Source of the DNA: Octopus bimaculoides
Taxonomy: Eukaryota
Assembly: GCF_001194135.2 (NCBI RefSeq)
Contig: NC_068982.1
Location: 55,588,098 to 55,652,097, forward strand
Length of the DNA stretch: 64,000 nucleotides
Direction: 5' to 3'
Made by a program: the position numbers and the translations under genes. Each line of letters begins with the position of its first letter. The first letter of the stretch is position 1. Positions 12,441 through 25,877 of the stretch are shown one piece after another. The notes under the pieces are model-generated. The model was not told the DNA's origin. It ran no database searches and was given only the letters and a program-made list of their open reading frames with translations.

Positions 12441-13044
12441 GAATTGCTTATCTTGTTCATACTATTGTTACTGTTGTTGTTGGTCATTAATGTGTTGGTG
12501 GGTTGGTAATGGAGGTGGTTGTATTGGTCTTGGTGTTGATAATGGTGAAAGTTCATATAAATATATATACACACAGAAAGGTAAAGAGATAGAGAGATAC
12601 TCATAGCAACCCAAGAAAATATACACAAATATTTGCAGTGAAAAATTCCACCTCATACACAAACACTTACATACACACATAACACACAGGTATGTATACA
12701 TATGTATTGTGATTATAGTTTCTCAAGTTGTTAACTATACTTTGATCTTAGCTTAAATACTGAGAAGCAGCTTTTGGCTAAGAAGAAAGTGTGGTCTTTA
12801 AATTCTTAAAATTTATCTGAGTTTCCCAAAGGGGGAAATTTCAGACTGCATCCCAAAATTAGTGGTCATGTGCAAAATACCATAACCTGCTGTAGCTGGA
12901 ACATAGGGCGTGTCTGTACTTAGTTTCAAATGTTTTAGTTTAAGATTAAAATTCTGTTGGAGATGAACTGGTCAACTTTGGCTTGTCCTTTGAAAACCAA
13001 TAAAGCAAATACTGGTAACATATCAATATCAATTCAATTGACTA

Positions 13045-13370
13045 ATTGGCACTCTGTTGGTTATGCCGATAGGTGTTCCAGCTGATCTGATCAACAGAAC
13101 AGCTTACTTATGAAATTAATGTGCAAGTGGCTAAGCACTCCACAGACACACATACCGTTAACGTGATTCTCAGGGAGATTCAGGACAACACAGAATGTGA
13201 CAAGGCTGGCCCTTTGAAATACAAAGCACTACATATTTTTTTTTTAGCTGAGTGTACTAGAGTAACATGAAATAAAGTGTCTTGCTTAGGGACACAACAT
13301 GCTGCCAGTTATCACACTTATGACCTAACAATCATGAGTTAAATACCCTTACCACTAAGCCATGTGCCTT
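13045..13370 (-). mobile_element. tRNA-headed SINE ('family D'), decayed
   Basis: Reverse complement of the central domain of 49104-49487 (TGCAAGTGGCTAAGCACTCCACAGACAC...GTGACAAGGCTGGCCC). Confidence 0.75.
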
Positions 13371-13859
13371 CAGAATTTAAGTGACTACAGCAAAAATTGG
13401 CCAAAGGTCAAACAGAGAGAAAAAATACAGAAAAAAAGAAACCTACCAATAACATAGTTGAATTTTGAAATGCACAAATTTCACACTCAAATCACACAGA
13501 AAAAAAAACCCATTTGAACAGTTTTATTATATCCATGAAAAAGATTTGGGCCAAAAGCATATATGTTAAGAAATATGTTAATCAATTCATTGCTCAACTT
13601 TTCCTATGTTTCAGTATCATTTAAAAACTATATTTTTGTCATCAGTTGTTTTATTGTTACAACATGAAATATTACCGAATGAAATAATTCGGTAATTCAA
13701 CTTCAAACCTATAAATATCTCAACTGAAGTTTATTTTCCATATTTTTTTTCAACATAGTGAATTATTTCATTATCTGTTAATAAAGGACACTGGTTTTAA
13801 GGGCTAATGCTTTAAATAACATGCAACAAAAGGTGGCTCATGAAAAAAATCATTTCCTT

Positions 13860-14059
13860 AAATTGGTCTATGTGGTCCAAATATTCTATCCATTTTATGT
13901 TCAGACCAGCCAGATCTGGCTTCTCAAATCTACCCTATGAGGTCATTCTAAAAAGAAACCATCACAACATTGAAATCTTGAAGCTACGAGATAATTCATG
14001 ACTAATTCAAAACAATGGGAATAAGTATTACATTTGACAATAATCTGAGTGCTAAAAGG
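13860..14059 (+). mobile_element. piggyBac-type MITE family 1, 5'-degenerate copy
   Basis: Body matches 21203-21405 and ends GCTAAAAGG|TTAA. Confidence 0.65.
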
Positions 14060-16619
14060 TTAAACCATGGCTTTGGTTGAACACAATACACAAAAATGCG
14101 TACTTAGCAACTGTACTTGTAAAATAATAGATTTAGTTTTATTGAAATAATTTGAAATAATTCAACACAATACCAACTCCAACTCTAATTAACAAAATAT
14201 AAATCCAGTTAAAGTGGCTCATTATTTAATTACCATTGCTACACTAACTGTAATTCATTATTTGTTGTTACTGAACGAAACACTAGTCAAGCGTTTCTTA
14301 TAGAGTGGGACCTTGGAAACTGAAGTTGCAAAGGAAGCTGGCAAATAGCTATGCTGAATAAAATTAAGATGGTTGATTTCCTAACCTGTCCAACACAATA
14401 ACAAAGAAAGAAGAATTATATGACTGCAAACCCAATTTTGTCTTTTCATTAATAAAGGTGAAGGGGATAAAAATATTTCCCTAATATTTGGTGGAGGGGG
14501 TTAGCATTTAATTATTTGAGAACCACTGCACTAGGCCATGTGGCACATATATTCAGACAATTAACTATCCTTTATATAAATTACTTCATAGAATATGCTT
14601 CCTTTAACACTACTTGTTATAGGATCAAAAGGTTATAGTTTCTTTTGCAGCACTTGCCAAGTCTAGCAGTTTTCACACATATACCAAGTATATTGTGTGC
14701 AGTTGTTTTAATATAGTAGTCAAAGCCCTTAATAATCCAAACTTAGAATCCAGTTCAGTTCCCAAATGGTGACATTAAGCTTCATATATATTTCATGCTT
14801 GTAAACATTCACTTTCTCTCCCCTCTTATAGTACACATGCACACAAACTACTAGGCTTGTGTGAGAGTAAAATGCACAAATGTGCTTGAGTGAACATTTG
14901 CAGAGCATTAATCATGAAGTCTTCAACTAATCAACAGAGTTTGAAAAATAAAAAAGCCAAAAAATATGTAGTAAATCTCAATTTTTTTTTTTTTTTGCAA
15001 TATAAATAATAGTCTAGACTCTCCAAATCATTGATAATCTTCCTTTTGTGGTCTACAATTGTAATGCAATGGAATGAAGTCAACAGCATAATCTGTTATA
15101 CTAACATTTATATTATTTACAAATCAATTGACTGATAAATATTTAAAATTAACTATGATATATGTATGAATAAATATATTTTCTATTAGATTCCACAGCT
15201 CAATAGAGTAGCCCAGTACTTAAGTTTACTGGGACTGTGGATTCAAATCCAGTCAAAAGTACTTTTCTAATATTAAAATAAGGATGGAGTTCAACAAAAT
15301 TTGTAAAATAGTTACCAACACAGTCATAGTTATAGCATAGGAAAATGTTATGGAATGATTATGCCCTTGATTTTGATCCCTGGTTAAGATTGATTATAGT
15401 GTTTGCTATATACATTATTCTTTCACTACATTTTCAGTAATTTTTACAGCTTAGAAAGGCAAAGAGAAGTGAACCACTTTTTTCTCAGAGACAATTATAT
15501 GTAGCTCTTTCTAGAGTGCATTCATTCTTTGATGTAGATAAAAATTCTCATGATAGAAGAGGTGACAAATAAGTGTATAACAAAAAACATAGCTTTCAAA
15601 AGATGCTTTCTCCTCAGACTGCAACATCAGTACAATGTGGACTTTACACCATCTCAAGAATTAAACATTTCAGAAACTACAATTCCCTAAGAAATTATGT
15701 ATTTCATGGTTTTCTTTAAACTTTAAATAATCTTAGAGTTTTCAAAATAACTGGAATTTCCATGGATGTTGTTAGTGTCAAATAAATATTTTGCAGACAT
15801 AAATCTGTAAAATTAACAAGTCATTATTTGTCTCAGCACAGAAGCCCCCTAACAGGATCTTATAAACTTGCAGTTCTTTCCTGGTACTAAAAAGATTGCC
15901 AATCTCTGACTGAGTCCCTAATTCCCAAATGTCTTTGCTGATTTTAATATAATTTCTTGTATAAACGCAGAATCAAGAACATTATGCTCATCTCATTTTT
16001 CCTGGCATTACAAACTTTTCACTTTTATAAAAATTTCATTGCTCTGTGAAACACTATTAATGTGGCAGTTCATTAAAAAGAAAGGAAGAAAAAAGATATT
16101 GAGAAAGATAAGAGAGAAAACTTCAGTCATTAGGCAAAAGAACTCAACTATTAAGCTCTTTGTAGCTCTATCCCATTTCTATGCCTTGTTTCATCAGACA
16201 GCAACTCATAAAACTATTATGTCATTTTCAGTCTCAACAATTTGTTTAGCAATTTGTATTTATACCATTTCAGTTTAACACAAATCTAAGCCCTAGTTTG
16301 GTTAGTTAAGAGAATGACAAGTATGCTGTCATTACAGCACACAACTATTTAAATTTTCTGGTACAGAAATCTGTGTTCTTATGTCAATATAAGAAGTAAT
16401 TATAATAGGGCAGGAGTATAATTGATTCAATCATGTAAAATATTATTGGCACATATTTTATTGATACCAAGGGATAAAAGTCAAAGTAAACCTCAACAGA
16501 AGTTGAATTCAAAACAAAGAGACTTTACTGTAATGCTGTAAAGTACTTTGATGAATGATTTTTTGTATTTGCCAATAATAATGGTTCCTTAGTTACAAAA
16601 AAAAATATAGAATTGATAC

Positions 16620-16960
16620 CATTTGAAGAGGGCTAAGACCAAGAAGTCCCCACAATCCTGGAAGTTTTTGATAAAGGAATCAACTGATGCCCTTCATCTC
16701 ATTGAAGTGAGGATGACAAATTTACAGGAAAAAGATCCTAATGCAAAGAGACTCAGCAAACTTCAGATAGTTGCAGATGGCCACAGTTGCTTCAAGGCCA
16801 TTTATAATGACAAAATGAAAAGTTTTATTGAAGGTTCCATTGCTGTTTACTTCAAAAAAATTGACTCCAGAAATAAAGCTCTAGAACCAAACCCTAATTC
16901 TCCAGAACAGGTTCACCATTCTTTAACAGTAGTCATCTCTCCATCTTCTTCCACATCAAC
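16620..16960 (+). mobile_element. Tigger/pogo transposase C-terminal relic
   Basis: ORF 16623-17024 LQEKDPNAKRLSKLQIVADGHSCFKAIYNDKMKSFIEGSIAVYFKKIDSRNKALEPNP parallels Tigger1 EAQDPNVERYTKV...IQCYRVIYDEKKRATTQTSLDRFFKRVDR...EPEP. Confidence 0.7.
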
Positions 16961-17339
16961 ATCATTTAACATCTGTTTTCCATGTTGGAATGGGTTGAAC
17001 ATCGTTCAATTAATATTATCTTAATCAAGTATGCTACTTCTGATATGCAAGAATTGTTAGGAATAAGAGTGAATATTAAACTTTAATCATTGTCTTCTTT
17101 TCTCTATCTAAACTGCTGAAGTGTTTTTTTTTCTTCGTGTTTTTATACTTCTTCCTACAGACTCAATTATCATTTGACAAACTCAGAGTATTGGACAAAA
17201 TGCTTTGTGGCATTTGTTATAGATCTTTATGTTCTGAGTTCAAGGTCAATTTTACCTTTTATTCTTGTGTGGTTGATAAAATAAAGTACCAGTCAAGTAA
17301 TGGTGTGAAGTTCTTTTCATATAGATTGCTTCCCCAAAT

Positions 17340-17600
17340 ATCACCTTCCATCTGCATCACATCTCTTGCACTCTACATTTGATTTCTCTAATACTCAGCT
17401 TATTTGTGTTCATTACACCCAGCAAAGCATGCTATCCAACCATTGTACATTACTGCATCCAATGACCAAGTTTCACTGCCACCTCAATGAGAGAGAAAAT
17501 ACTTTTTTGCCAGTTGAGGCAATATCTCCCTAAACATTTTCCATACCATTCTTTCTCTGGCTATGTTTTCAGAGCAAAGTAACAGAAGCTATCGATTACT
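17340..17600 (-). mobile_element. Old RTE LINE fragment
   Basis: Minus strand gives VIDSFCY and CSENIARERMVWKMFREILPQL...GSETW, matching the RTE post-RT region. Confidence 0.55.
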
Positions 17601-18299
17601 TATTATGGAACCTTCTGAGCATTTGAAAGAATTTATTTCACAAGTGCTCTTACTACAAAGAACTCTTGTAATAAAGGAAATGCTTTACATATTGTCTGAA
17701 GAATTATGAGAGAATGTGGAAATAAGTGCACCAGCCTCTTAGTATTCATTCTGAACAAAAATTTAATATTTCAACACCTAGAAGTTGTGAACACCTAAAG
17801 AAGATCTTTAGCATGAAAACAACCAAGAAAGAAAAACAGCATCCAAAGAAACCTATGAATATCTGTACCAGAACACATTGGTTTCTGATGAAGGGCCTGG
17901 TTTTAATCTTTAGAATTCAGTTTTTATCCATGAAAATAACTAAGAATATTCTAGTTCATACTTGTCAAACTTGAGGGAAATCAGAGAAAACTATTTTTAA
18001 ACATCATTAAAGTAATATCAATTAAAACCTTAAGCAGAACATCAATCAAAATAAGTATAAGAAATTGTCAATTTTGAAAATTTAGATAGAAAAGTATAAT
18101 GTACACAAGAGATGAAGACAAAACAAGGCATCCTGTAATAAAACAAGAGAGAATCATTAAAGGTAAACAAAACAAGACTTAAATACACTTATTGAAATAG
18201 TATTACCAAATTCAAGACATTCTTCATAGGACATGATCCAATAGATATATCAAGTGTTCATTCACAAGACAACATATTTTAAATTGTAAATGCCAGTAA

Positions 18300-20224
18300 C
18301 CCAATATTGCATACTGTAATAAACCAACAAACCAAAAAAATGCCATGGTGTTGATTTAAAGCCATTTTGCATTTTGAATCCTAAATGTAAACAAAGCTCT
18401 ACAGCAAAAACTTACTCTCTTTACTTCAAAACAACCAGTAGGCAAACTTTCTTTATGAACAAATTTTCTTTTTACGATTACACAAAACTGTTTAAAGTTG
18501 TGTTACTTATTAAACAAAATTGTTGGTCAATCTTGATAGAAAAGCATGTAAAATGTTGTTTTTATGCTTTGCTACTTCAAAGTAACACTGTACGTTCTAG
18601 CATAATTACATGCTGAAAGTGACTGAATGTACATGTTTTAAAATGATAATTTCAGGTTTTCGTGAGCAACTTTCTAAAGCCTTTCAGATGAACTGCAGCA
18701 GTTTCTATGGTGAAAAGAAACTGCTTCCTCTCATTGCACAAAAGTTACAAGACATTCTACTACCTGATGTATTGGAGGAAAGTGAATTGTCATCTGACAG
18801 TAATGATGATAATGATGAGTGTGTTACACAGCAAAATAGTAAGAGTGAAACATAGGGTTGAAGAATCGCACAAATATGCTATTCAAAGTAACCCCAATAC
18901 ACCACTCAATTTGACGAGCTGAGCTGGAGCAAATTTTTGGAATTCTTTACATGATGAATCTCATCAAGATGCCCCTGGAACAAAGAATCCAACTGCCAGT
19001 GTCTTGACTGTACATTGTTTCAAACAAATTGAAAAGTTTTTACACAGCAATTACAATCTGACCAGTCCTCAAGACTGTACAGAGAGATGGTGCAAAGTTA
19101 GGCCAATTGTTGACTCATTGAAAAAAAAAAGTTTGCAGAAATTAACCCATGTGAATATATGAAAGGTTATGCATTGATGAGCAAATGCTTCCTTTCAAAA
19201 GCAAATCTAGAATCAAGCAATATAACCCCCAGTAACTAAAGAAGTGGAGTTATAAGTTGTATGTGTTATCAGGAATAGATGGACTTATCCACAATCATGA
19301 GGTTCACACTGATGCAATTGGAATATGTCCAAATCAGCAAGACTGAAAAACCTCTGGAAATATTGTGACAATTTTGTTGCAAAATATACCAAGAAACATG
19401 GCACTAACTGTGTTTCAACAATTGGTATACAGGAGTTGACCTTGTCAATACCCTACATGAACAGGGTATAGCACGTGTTGGTACAGTGCATACCAATTGT
19501 AAACTATCATCAGATGCAGCATTAAAGAAAAAAGGTAGGGTCTGTTGAAGTATGGATGATCAATTTTAGTGATGTGGAGTTACATGTTGTAAAATGGTTT
19601 GATAACAGGTGTTACTCTCTGTTGTCAATATATGAAGCAGCCAATCCAACCCTTGAAGTCTCCAGATTTGAAAGAAGAGTGTCAAGTAACCATCCCATGC
19701 CCTTCAATTGTTAACACAAACAACAAATTTATTGGCAGGGGTTGATTTACTGAATGGGCTATTGAACCTTTACACAATCTGCATGGATGGTATAGATCAC
19801 TGGCTCCAGTACATGGAAGGCAACAAGAGGGCAGATGCAAGAATCCAGTTTGTGAGTCCATTACAAGGGTTATCTGTGGTAAATGTTAACTTTTGTTTTA
19901 CTGCAAAATCAAACTGTTTCAAGCACTTTCACACTGTCAGATGACAATTCACTTTCCTCTAATACATCAGACAATTTCCAGACAATTACAGCTTTTTATT
20001 GTTATTCTTTGTGTTTTTAGATAGCCTTGATATGATTACATTTCAAGTATTTATTTACTATCTTTGTATATTATTGCTTTAAATTAACAAAGCCCAAAAT
20101 GCCCAAATATTCATACTTGCATAGAAATTTGCAATGATTCACTTTTTTGGCTGTGGATTTTGATTATCTTTCAGTAAAAATGATTTTTTTTTAGTATGTC
20201 CTTAATAATTCATGCAATATAGGG
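18300..20224 (+). mobile_element. Near-complete decayed piggyBac transposon with pseudogenised transposase
   Basis: Left end (G)TAA|CCCAATATTGCAT and right end ATGCAATATAGGG|TTAA. Internal frameshifted peptides KVRPIVDSLKKKF, LCIDEQMLPFKSKSRIKQYNP..KKWSYKLYVLSG, FNNWYTGVDL, VVKWFDNR and GVDLLNGLL are piggyBac DDD motifs. Confidence 0.88.
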
Positions 20225-20539
20225 TTAAAAGAGATGATTATAAAATAATCTCTTTTGATGAGACAAGCTTTTAAAGAGAGAAGCATATAATCAATATAAT
20301 TGACACAGTTCTCTTATTGGTACTATTTTAAAGACCTTGAAGGTATCAAAAACAAAGCTGATGTTGGTGGAAATTAAATTCACAACTGGAAGACATGAAA
20401 CTTTACTATAAAACAATTATCTGGTTCCTCTACAGATTTGGCCATGTATTTCTTTGCTATGATTATTTTTTTATATAAATAACTAGGGAGTTACAAATAT
20501 AGAGGGAGAGAATTAAGGCCATGATACTGATATCTTTCA

Positions 20540-20900
20540 CAATGGCATTAGTGGTATAACACAAAGAACTGGCATCAATCCAGAATCAACAGAGAGCCAT
20601 AAACCATCTGCCTAATTTGCAGAGACTAACCTACTCTAAACTCTGACCCACAAATGCACCATCTTCTTGTTGCCTATTTTACCACTACAATAATGGCTGT
20701 TACTACCTCAAACTCATTCTCATAGGATATCCTTTCTCTGCTGCCTCTTCTCACTAACCACTACATCCAGTCTTTCCTCTCAAGAATATCAACTTCTGGA
20801 CTACCCTTCCTACCCACATTTTTCCTACAAATGTTGACTTACAGATGCTCAAACTGACTATCAACCATGTCGCTATCACTAGTCCCAGAAGACCTGCGAA
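20540..20900 (+). mobile_element. CR1/L2-group LINE 3' relic
   Basis: Residual peptides CCLFYHYNNGC and SFLSRISTS...FPTNVDLQMLKLTIN resemble CR1/L2 ORF2 C-termini. Confidence 0.55.
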
Positions 20901-21202
20901 GTTCATGAGTACTTTCTTCTGACCAAACAATATAAAATGAAATTTTTCTCTATAGTGCTTCCAGTTAATAATTTATCATACTGGTGCAAGGTCAAAAATT
21001 TGTAGGAGATAGACAGAGTCAATTTAATTGACTATCACCAGTCTAGTATCTATAAATCCTAAATGAATGAAAGAAGAAGAATAAACTGGTAGAAACTAAA
21101 TACCAAAAGACATTTAATCAGGTACTATCATTCCTGCCATAAACAATGAAGCTTTGAATTTAGTTAGAAGAGGAGGAGCAGAAATTTAAAAAAAAAGTTT
21201 AA

Positions 21203-21405
21203 CCCTTTAGTATTTAAACCAGCCATATCCAGCCCAAATATTCTGTTTTATGTTCAAACTGGCCTCTCACACATACCCTACAATATCATTCTAAAAATAA
21301 ACAATCACATCATCAAAATCTCAAAGCTATGAGATGTGGGATTAAGTCAAAACAATCTTAATAAACACGCATTACATTTGACAAAGTAATCTGAATGCTA
21401 AAGGG
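21203..21405 (+). mobile_element. piggyBac-type MITE family 1 (about 200 bp)
   Basis: TTAA|CCCTTTAG...CTAAAGGG|TTAA gives a TIR and TTAA TSD. Homologous copies lie at 13.9, 37.2 and 63.0 kb. Confidence 0.88.
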
Positions 21406-22356
21406 TTAAAAGTAAATAATAATATTTGCATAATTGAATCTACCTATATACAATCTCATAATTTTTTTTTTTTCCAGTTTTCTGCAATTTCCATTTTCTT
21501 CCATGAGTTAGTCCAATTAATCATATTCTCTTGATCCTACCCTAGTTAGTGGCTTTTACCAAGCCAAATCAGATTGGAGCCTGATGTAGCCATCTGGTTC
21601 ACCAGTCCTCAGTCAAATCGTCCAACCCATGGAAAGCAGACGTTAAACGATGATGATGATAACTCCAAATATCTGCTCAACACGATTGTTGAGTGTCATA
21701 ATTAGTTATTTTATGCCTGTCATAATTATAACTTTTTAATCACATATCTAAACTACATCAAGACTTTCTCATGATATGACATGATATTAAATACAGCTTT
21801 TAATATCAAGCTGTATTTTTTAAACAGCTGAAACACAGCTGAAATTGTTCTTTAAGAGAATGAAGAGGCACTACACTTTCATACTGACACAAAATTAACT
21901 TCTGTTTCAAATTATTCCACTGAAAATACAATCACTTCTGTTCCAAAAAGTCCCCTACTCATGACCAAATACAAATTTATCCACAAAGGGCAATACCATA
22001 ATAAACAAAATATCTATATTTTTCTGATATACTTACAAGTTTCTTCTTTTATCAAATATTCATAATAGGTCTCCAAGATACTATTTATTAATAATTAGGT
22101 GGAATCCACTTAATTATGACTTGTATCAAGAAAAAATAAAGGCTCTATTTTCATTGTCACAGATGAAAATACATCAGAAGCCATTTAATTTGTAGGAGGA
22201 GTCAATTAAACTGACTATCCTAAATGAAAGAAGAAAAATAAAATGAAGTGGGAGAAACTAAATTCAGAAGATAACCAAATACCAAAGACATTTAACCAGG
22301 TGCTATCACTTTGGGACAGTTTTTTCAATAAGAACTGGTTGATAACATTATGTAGA

Positions 22357-22800
22357 CATCATCATCATCATCATTGTTTAATGTCCGCTTTCCATGCTAG
22401 CATGGGTTGGACGATTTGACTGAGGACTGGTGAACCAGATGGCTACACCAGGCTCCACTCTGATTTGGCAGAGTTTCTACAGCTGGATGCCCTTCCTAAC
22501 GCCAACCACTCCAAGAGTGTAGTGGGTGCTTTTACGTGCCACCAGCACGAAGGCCAGTCAGGAAGTACTGGCAACGGCCACGCTCGAAATGGTATATTTT
22601 ACGTACCACCTGCACAAGGGCCAGTCAAGCGGTACTGGCAACGAACTCGCTCGAATGTCTTTTCACGTGCCACTGGCACAAGTGCCAGGAAAGCGATGTT
22701 GGTAACGGTCACACTCAAATGGTGCTATTTACGTGCCACCGGCACGAAAGCCAGACAGCTAGTGCTCTGGCAACGATCACGCTCGGACGGTGCTCTTAGT
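22357..22800 (-). mobile_element. Family A SINE / RTE 3'UTR copy
   Basis: (CAT)n start and body nearly identical to 2010-2500. Confidence 0.88.
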
Positions 22801-24250
22801 GATAACAATATCTGGACCTTTGATTCTATTTTTATTTTCTTTCACGTTTATTTTTCCATGCTAGTATGGGTTAAACAAATATACTATTGAAGCTTTGTTT
22901 TACAACCAGATGCTCTGGCTGTCACTAACCCTTACTTGTTTTCCAAGTAAAGGTGCCATTATATCAAACATCTTTGAAGCTGCAAAGTCAGCAAACAATT
23001 TACTGACAAGGGAAATAACAACATCACTGCTTGTAGCTCAGCAATTTTTGGAGAAATGCAAATGTAAACAAACATACAGATGTATACATGTACATCAATC
23101 CTACTAGCTTTGTCTGACCAAAGCCTTATGAGAGAACTTGATAGATGGAAACAGAAAGAAGCCGGTTATGTAGGTGTGTGTTTGTGTGCAGGTTTGTTTA
23201 CATTTGCATCTAATGGTGATACTGTCACCTCTGTCAACAAATTCTTTGCTTGCTTTATGCCTTCATAGAAGTGTGAAATAAGAGATCTCTTACTTGAAAA
23301 AGAGGTTAGCAACAGGGAGGGCATCCAGTATCCTGCAGTCAAACAAAGCCTCAATAATATTTATTTGTGTAACCTATGGTAGCATAGAAAAATGGACATA
23401 AAAACAAATATATATATATATATATATATATTTCACATGACAAGTTGCTTTCAGTTTCCATTCACCCACATTGTTTTGGTTAGCATTGGGTTCTAGAAGA
23501 CATTTGCCCAAAGTACCATACAGTGGAACTGAACCTGAAACCACATGGTTAGAAAGAAAACTTCATAGCCACATAGCAATGTCTGTTAAACTGATAATTT
23601 TAATTCGTTTTAAATAAAAAGTTTGGGACCCTTATTTTGATAATCTGAAGCCATTATATGTAATTATAATAAAGGCTTTCTCTATATGTATGTTAGCATG
23701 TGTATGTGCACACATGCATGCACAAATAGAGCCAATGACAATGACCAACACATACCATTAACTCCATTTCCAATATCGACATGATTCTACTACCACCAAC
23801 CCCCATACATCTATCATGTCTTCATACCTTGCACACTTTTCTTTTGATCTTCATAATGATTATAGTGGTTGTGTAGTAGTTTACTAGGAAATTTTGAAAA
23901 CAATATCTAGTAGTTTAAATTTAAGAAATGGATAACAAACAGTTTCGGATTCATTAATTTGGGTAACGTTATCCAGGATTACAAATGACTTCTACAGTAT
24001 TTTTTAACTTTATTAACAGAAGTAATTTTTAACAGAATTTGTTTTGAGTTATATAATTCTGCATGTATATTTTGAGTTACATAAATTTGCATATAAGCTG
24101 AATTATACCAATTTATTTGTAGATTGCAATAACATTAATGTTGTTTTCTTACCTTAACTTTTTTAAAGTAAAGGATGAAGAAAGAAAAACGTTTCTACCA
24201 CTCTAGTACATATTCTGTACATACATCTCAAACATAGGATGTACATTGAA

Positions 24251-24290
<40 letters not shown>

Positions 24291-24370
24291 AATTATAATA
24301 AAGGGTAAACTCATTAATAATTTTACTAGGTGGTCAGTGTGGAAATAAAAACCTCATAGGTAAATTTTAC

Positions 24371-24879
24371 AAAATATTTTATAATTATAACAAGGGATTG
24401 GCTTTACACCTCACCACACACTGTAGAAATAGACATCAAATGCCCTATTAACACCTCAAAATCTCCTGATCGAAACTGTATTAAGTGCGGCCTAGATCTT
24501 GACACACTATACATGGGTATAAAAGAAAGATGTGAATTCTACTTTGCAATATATTTCTACAAGTGGGGATGGATATTGCTTATGCGATGTCGCAGCTTGC
24601 ATGCATATTTTGAAATACTCATAAATTTATGCTATGGAATATCGTCGCTGATGAGAGCAGTAGGTAATATTTCTTTACTTTAAGCTCGAAACAGGATTTT
24701 GTATGCAGTTAACCGAAAAGTTGTTGATTCATTATTTTTCTTTTGCTCGCTTACAATATAGTGTTATTGTCGGAGATTTTTAGGTGGTAATAGGGCATTT
24801 GACATCTATTTCTACAGTGTGTGGTGAGGCGTAAAGCCAATCCCTTGTTATAATTATGTATATGATTATAAAATATTTT
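24371..24879. mobile_element. Foldback element, about 100-bp arms around a CpG-richer 300-bp spacer containing a hammerhead core
   Basis: 24371-24468 is the reverse complement of 24769-24879. The spacer has CTGATGA-GAGC...GCTC-GAAAC at 24648-24692. Follows a (TA)n tract. Confidence 0.75.
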
Positions 24880-24894
24880 ATACATATATACATC

Positions 24895-25530
24895 TAATAG
24901 ATAAGGCAATTAAGGACATGAAGACAGGGAAAGCCCAGGGCTATCAGGAATCACTGCCAAGACAATTAAAATTTCCGGTGGCTAGGATACAGCTTAGTCA
25001 CCCATATAGTTAATCAGGTTAATCAGGAAGGCACCATCCCCAATGAATAGTGTAGTAGTAGTATAGTTAGATGCTACAAGAGTAAAGGCGATGTCTTAGA
25101 TAGAAACAACTACAGAGGCATTAACTTGCTAGACCAAGTCAGGAAAGTTACTGAGCTAATTGGTTAGAAATAGAATTAAACTAGATAAGATGCAGTTTGG
25201 TTTTGTACCAAGGAAAAGTGCCACAGATGCCATCTTCCTAGTGAGTCAACTGCAGTAAAAGTACTAGGCCAAAAGCAAGCCATTGTACTTAGCCTTTGTC
25301 AACCTGGAGAAAGTTTTCAACAGGGTTCCCCACTCTGTTATATGGTGGTGGTCTCAGGAAGTTATGAGTAGAGGAGTGGCTTGTTAGAGCTGTACAAGCT
25401 ATGTACAGTGGTGCTGTGAAAAAGATGAGAGTCGGCCATGAATACAGAGATGAATTTAGCATACAGGTACAGGTTCACCAGGGCTCAGTTCTCAGCTCAC
25501 TCTTATTCATTATAGTCCTCCAGGCCCCTC
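24895..25530 (+). mobile_element. RTE LINE RT-domain fragment, decayed
   Basis: KAIKDMKTGKA...NYRGINLLDQV...MQFGFVPRKSATDAIFLVSQLQ...GVHQGSVLSSLLFIIVLQA, homologous to 52059-52724. Confidence 0.85.
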
Positions 25531-25539
25531 TCAAAACAG

Positions 25540-25867
25540 ATTTTTCTTTTTGTTTTGCAAGTACTTGGTGACCCTGTCAATGCAGGTGCCACTTAAAAGC
25601 ACCCAGTCCTCACTGTAAAGGGTTGGTGTTTGGGAGGGAATCCAGCTGTAAAAACCTTGCCAAAACTGACCTCGCTTATGCTTGTGCTACGTAAAAAGCA
25701 CAAAGTCAACTCTGCTGAGTGGTTGGCTATAAGAAGGGCATTTAGCCGTAAAAATCCCGCCAAAACAGTTACAGAAGCCTGGTGCAGGCTTCTGCCTGGA
25801 TGGCTCTTGTCAAACCGTCCCACTCATGCCAACATGGAAGGTGGACGTTAAACGATGATGATGATGA
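25540..25867 (+). mobile_element. Family A SINE copy with (GAT)n tail
   Basis: Ends CATGGAAGGTGGACGTTAAAC(GAT)n. Confidence 0.8.
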
Positions 25868-25877
25868 TATATATAGA

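Noticed and set aside
13670-13700. Perfect 10-bp hairpin ATTACCGAAT/ATTCGGTAAT
   Set aside because: Too short and isolated to interpret, and no Helitron-type CTAG end follows.
17876-17950. CTGATGAAGGG...GAAA as another hammerhead
   Set aside because: No convincing stem II, stem I or cleavage triplet. At most an unrecognisable relic.
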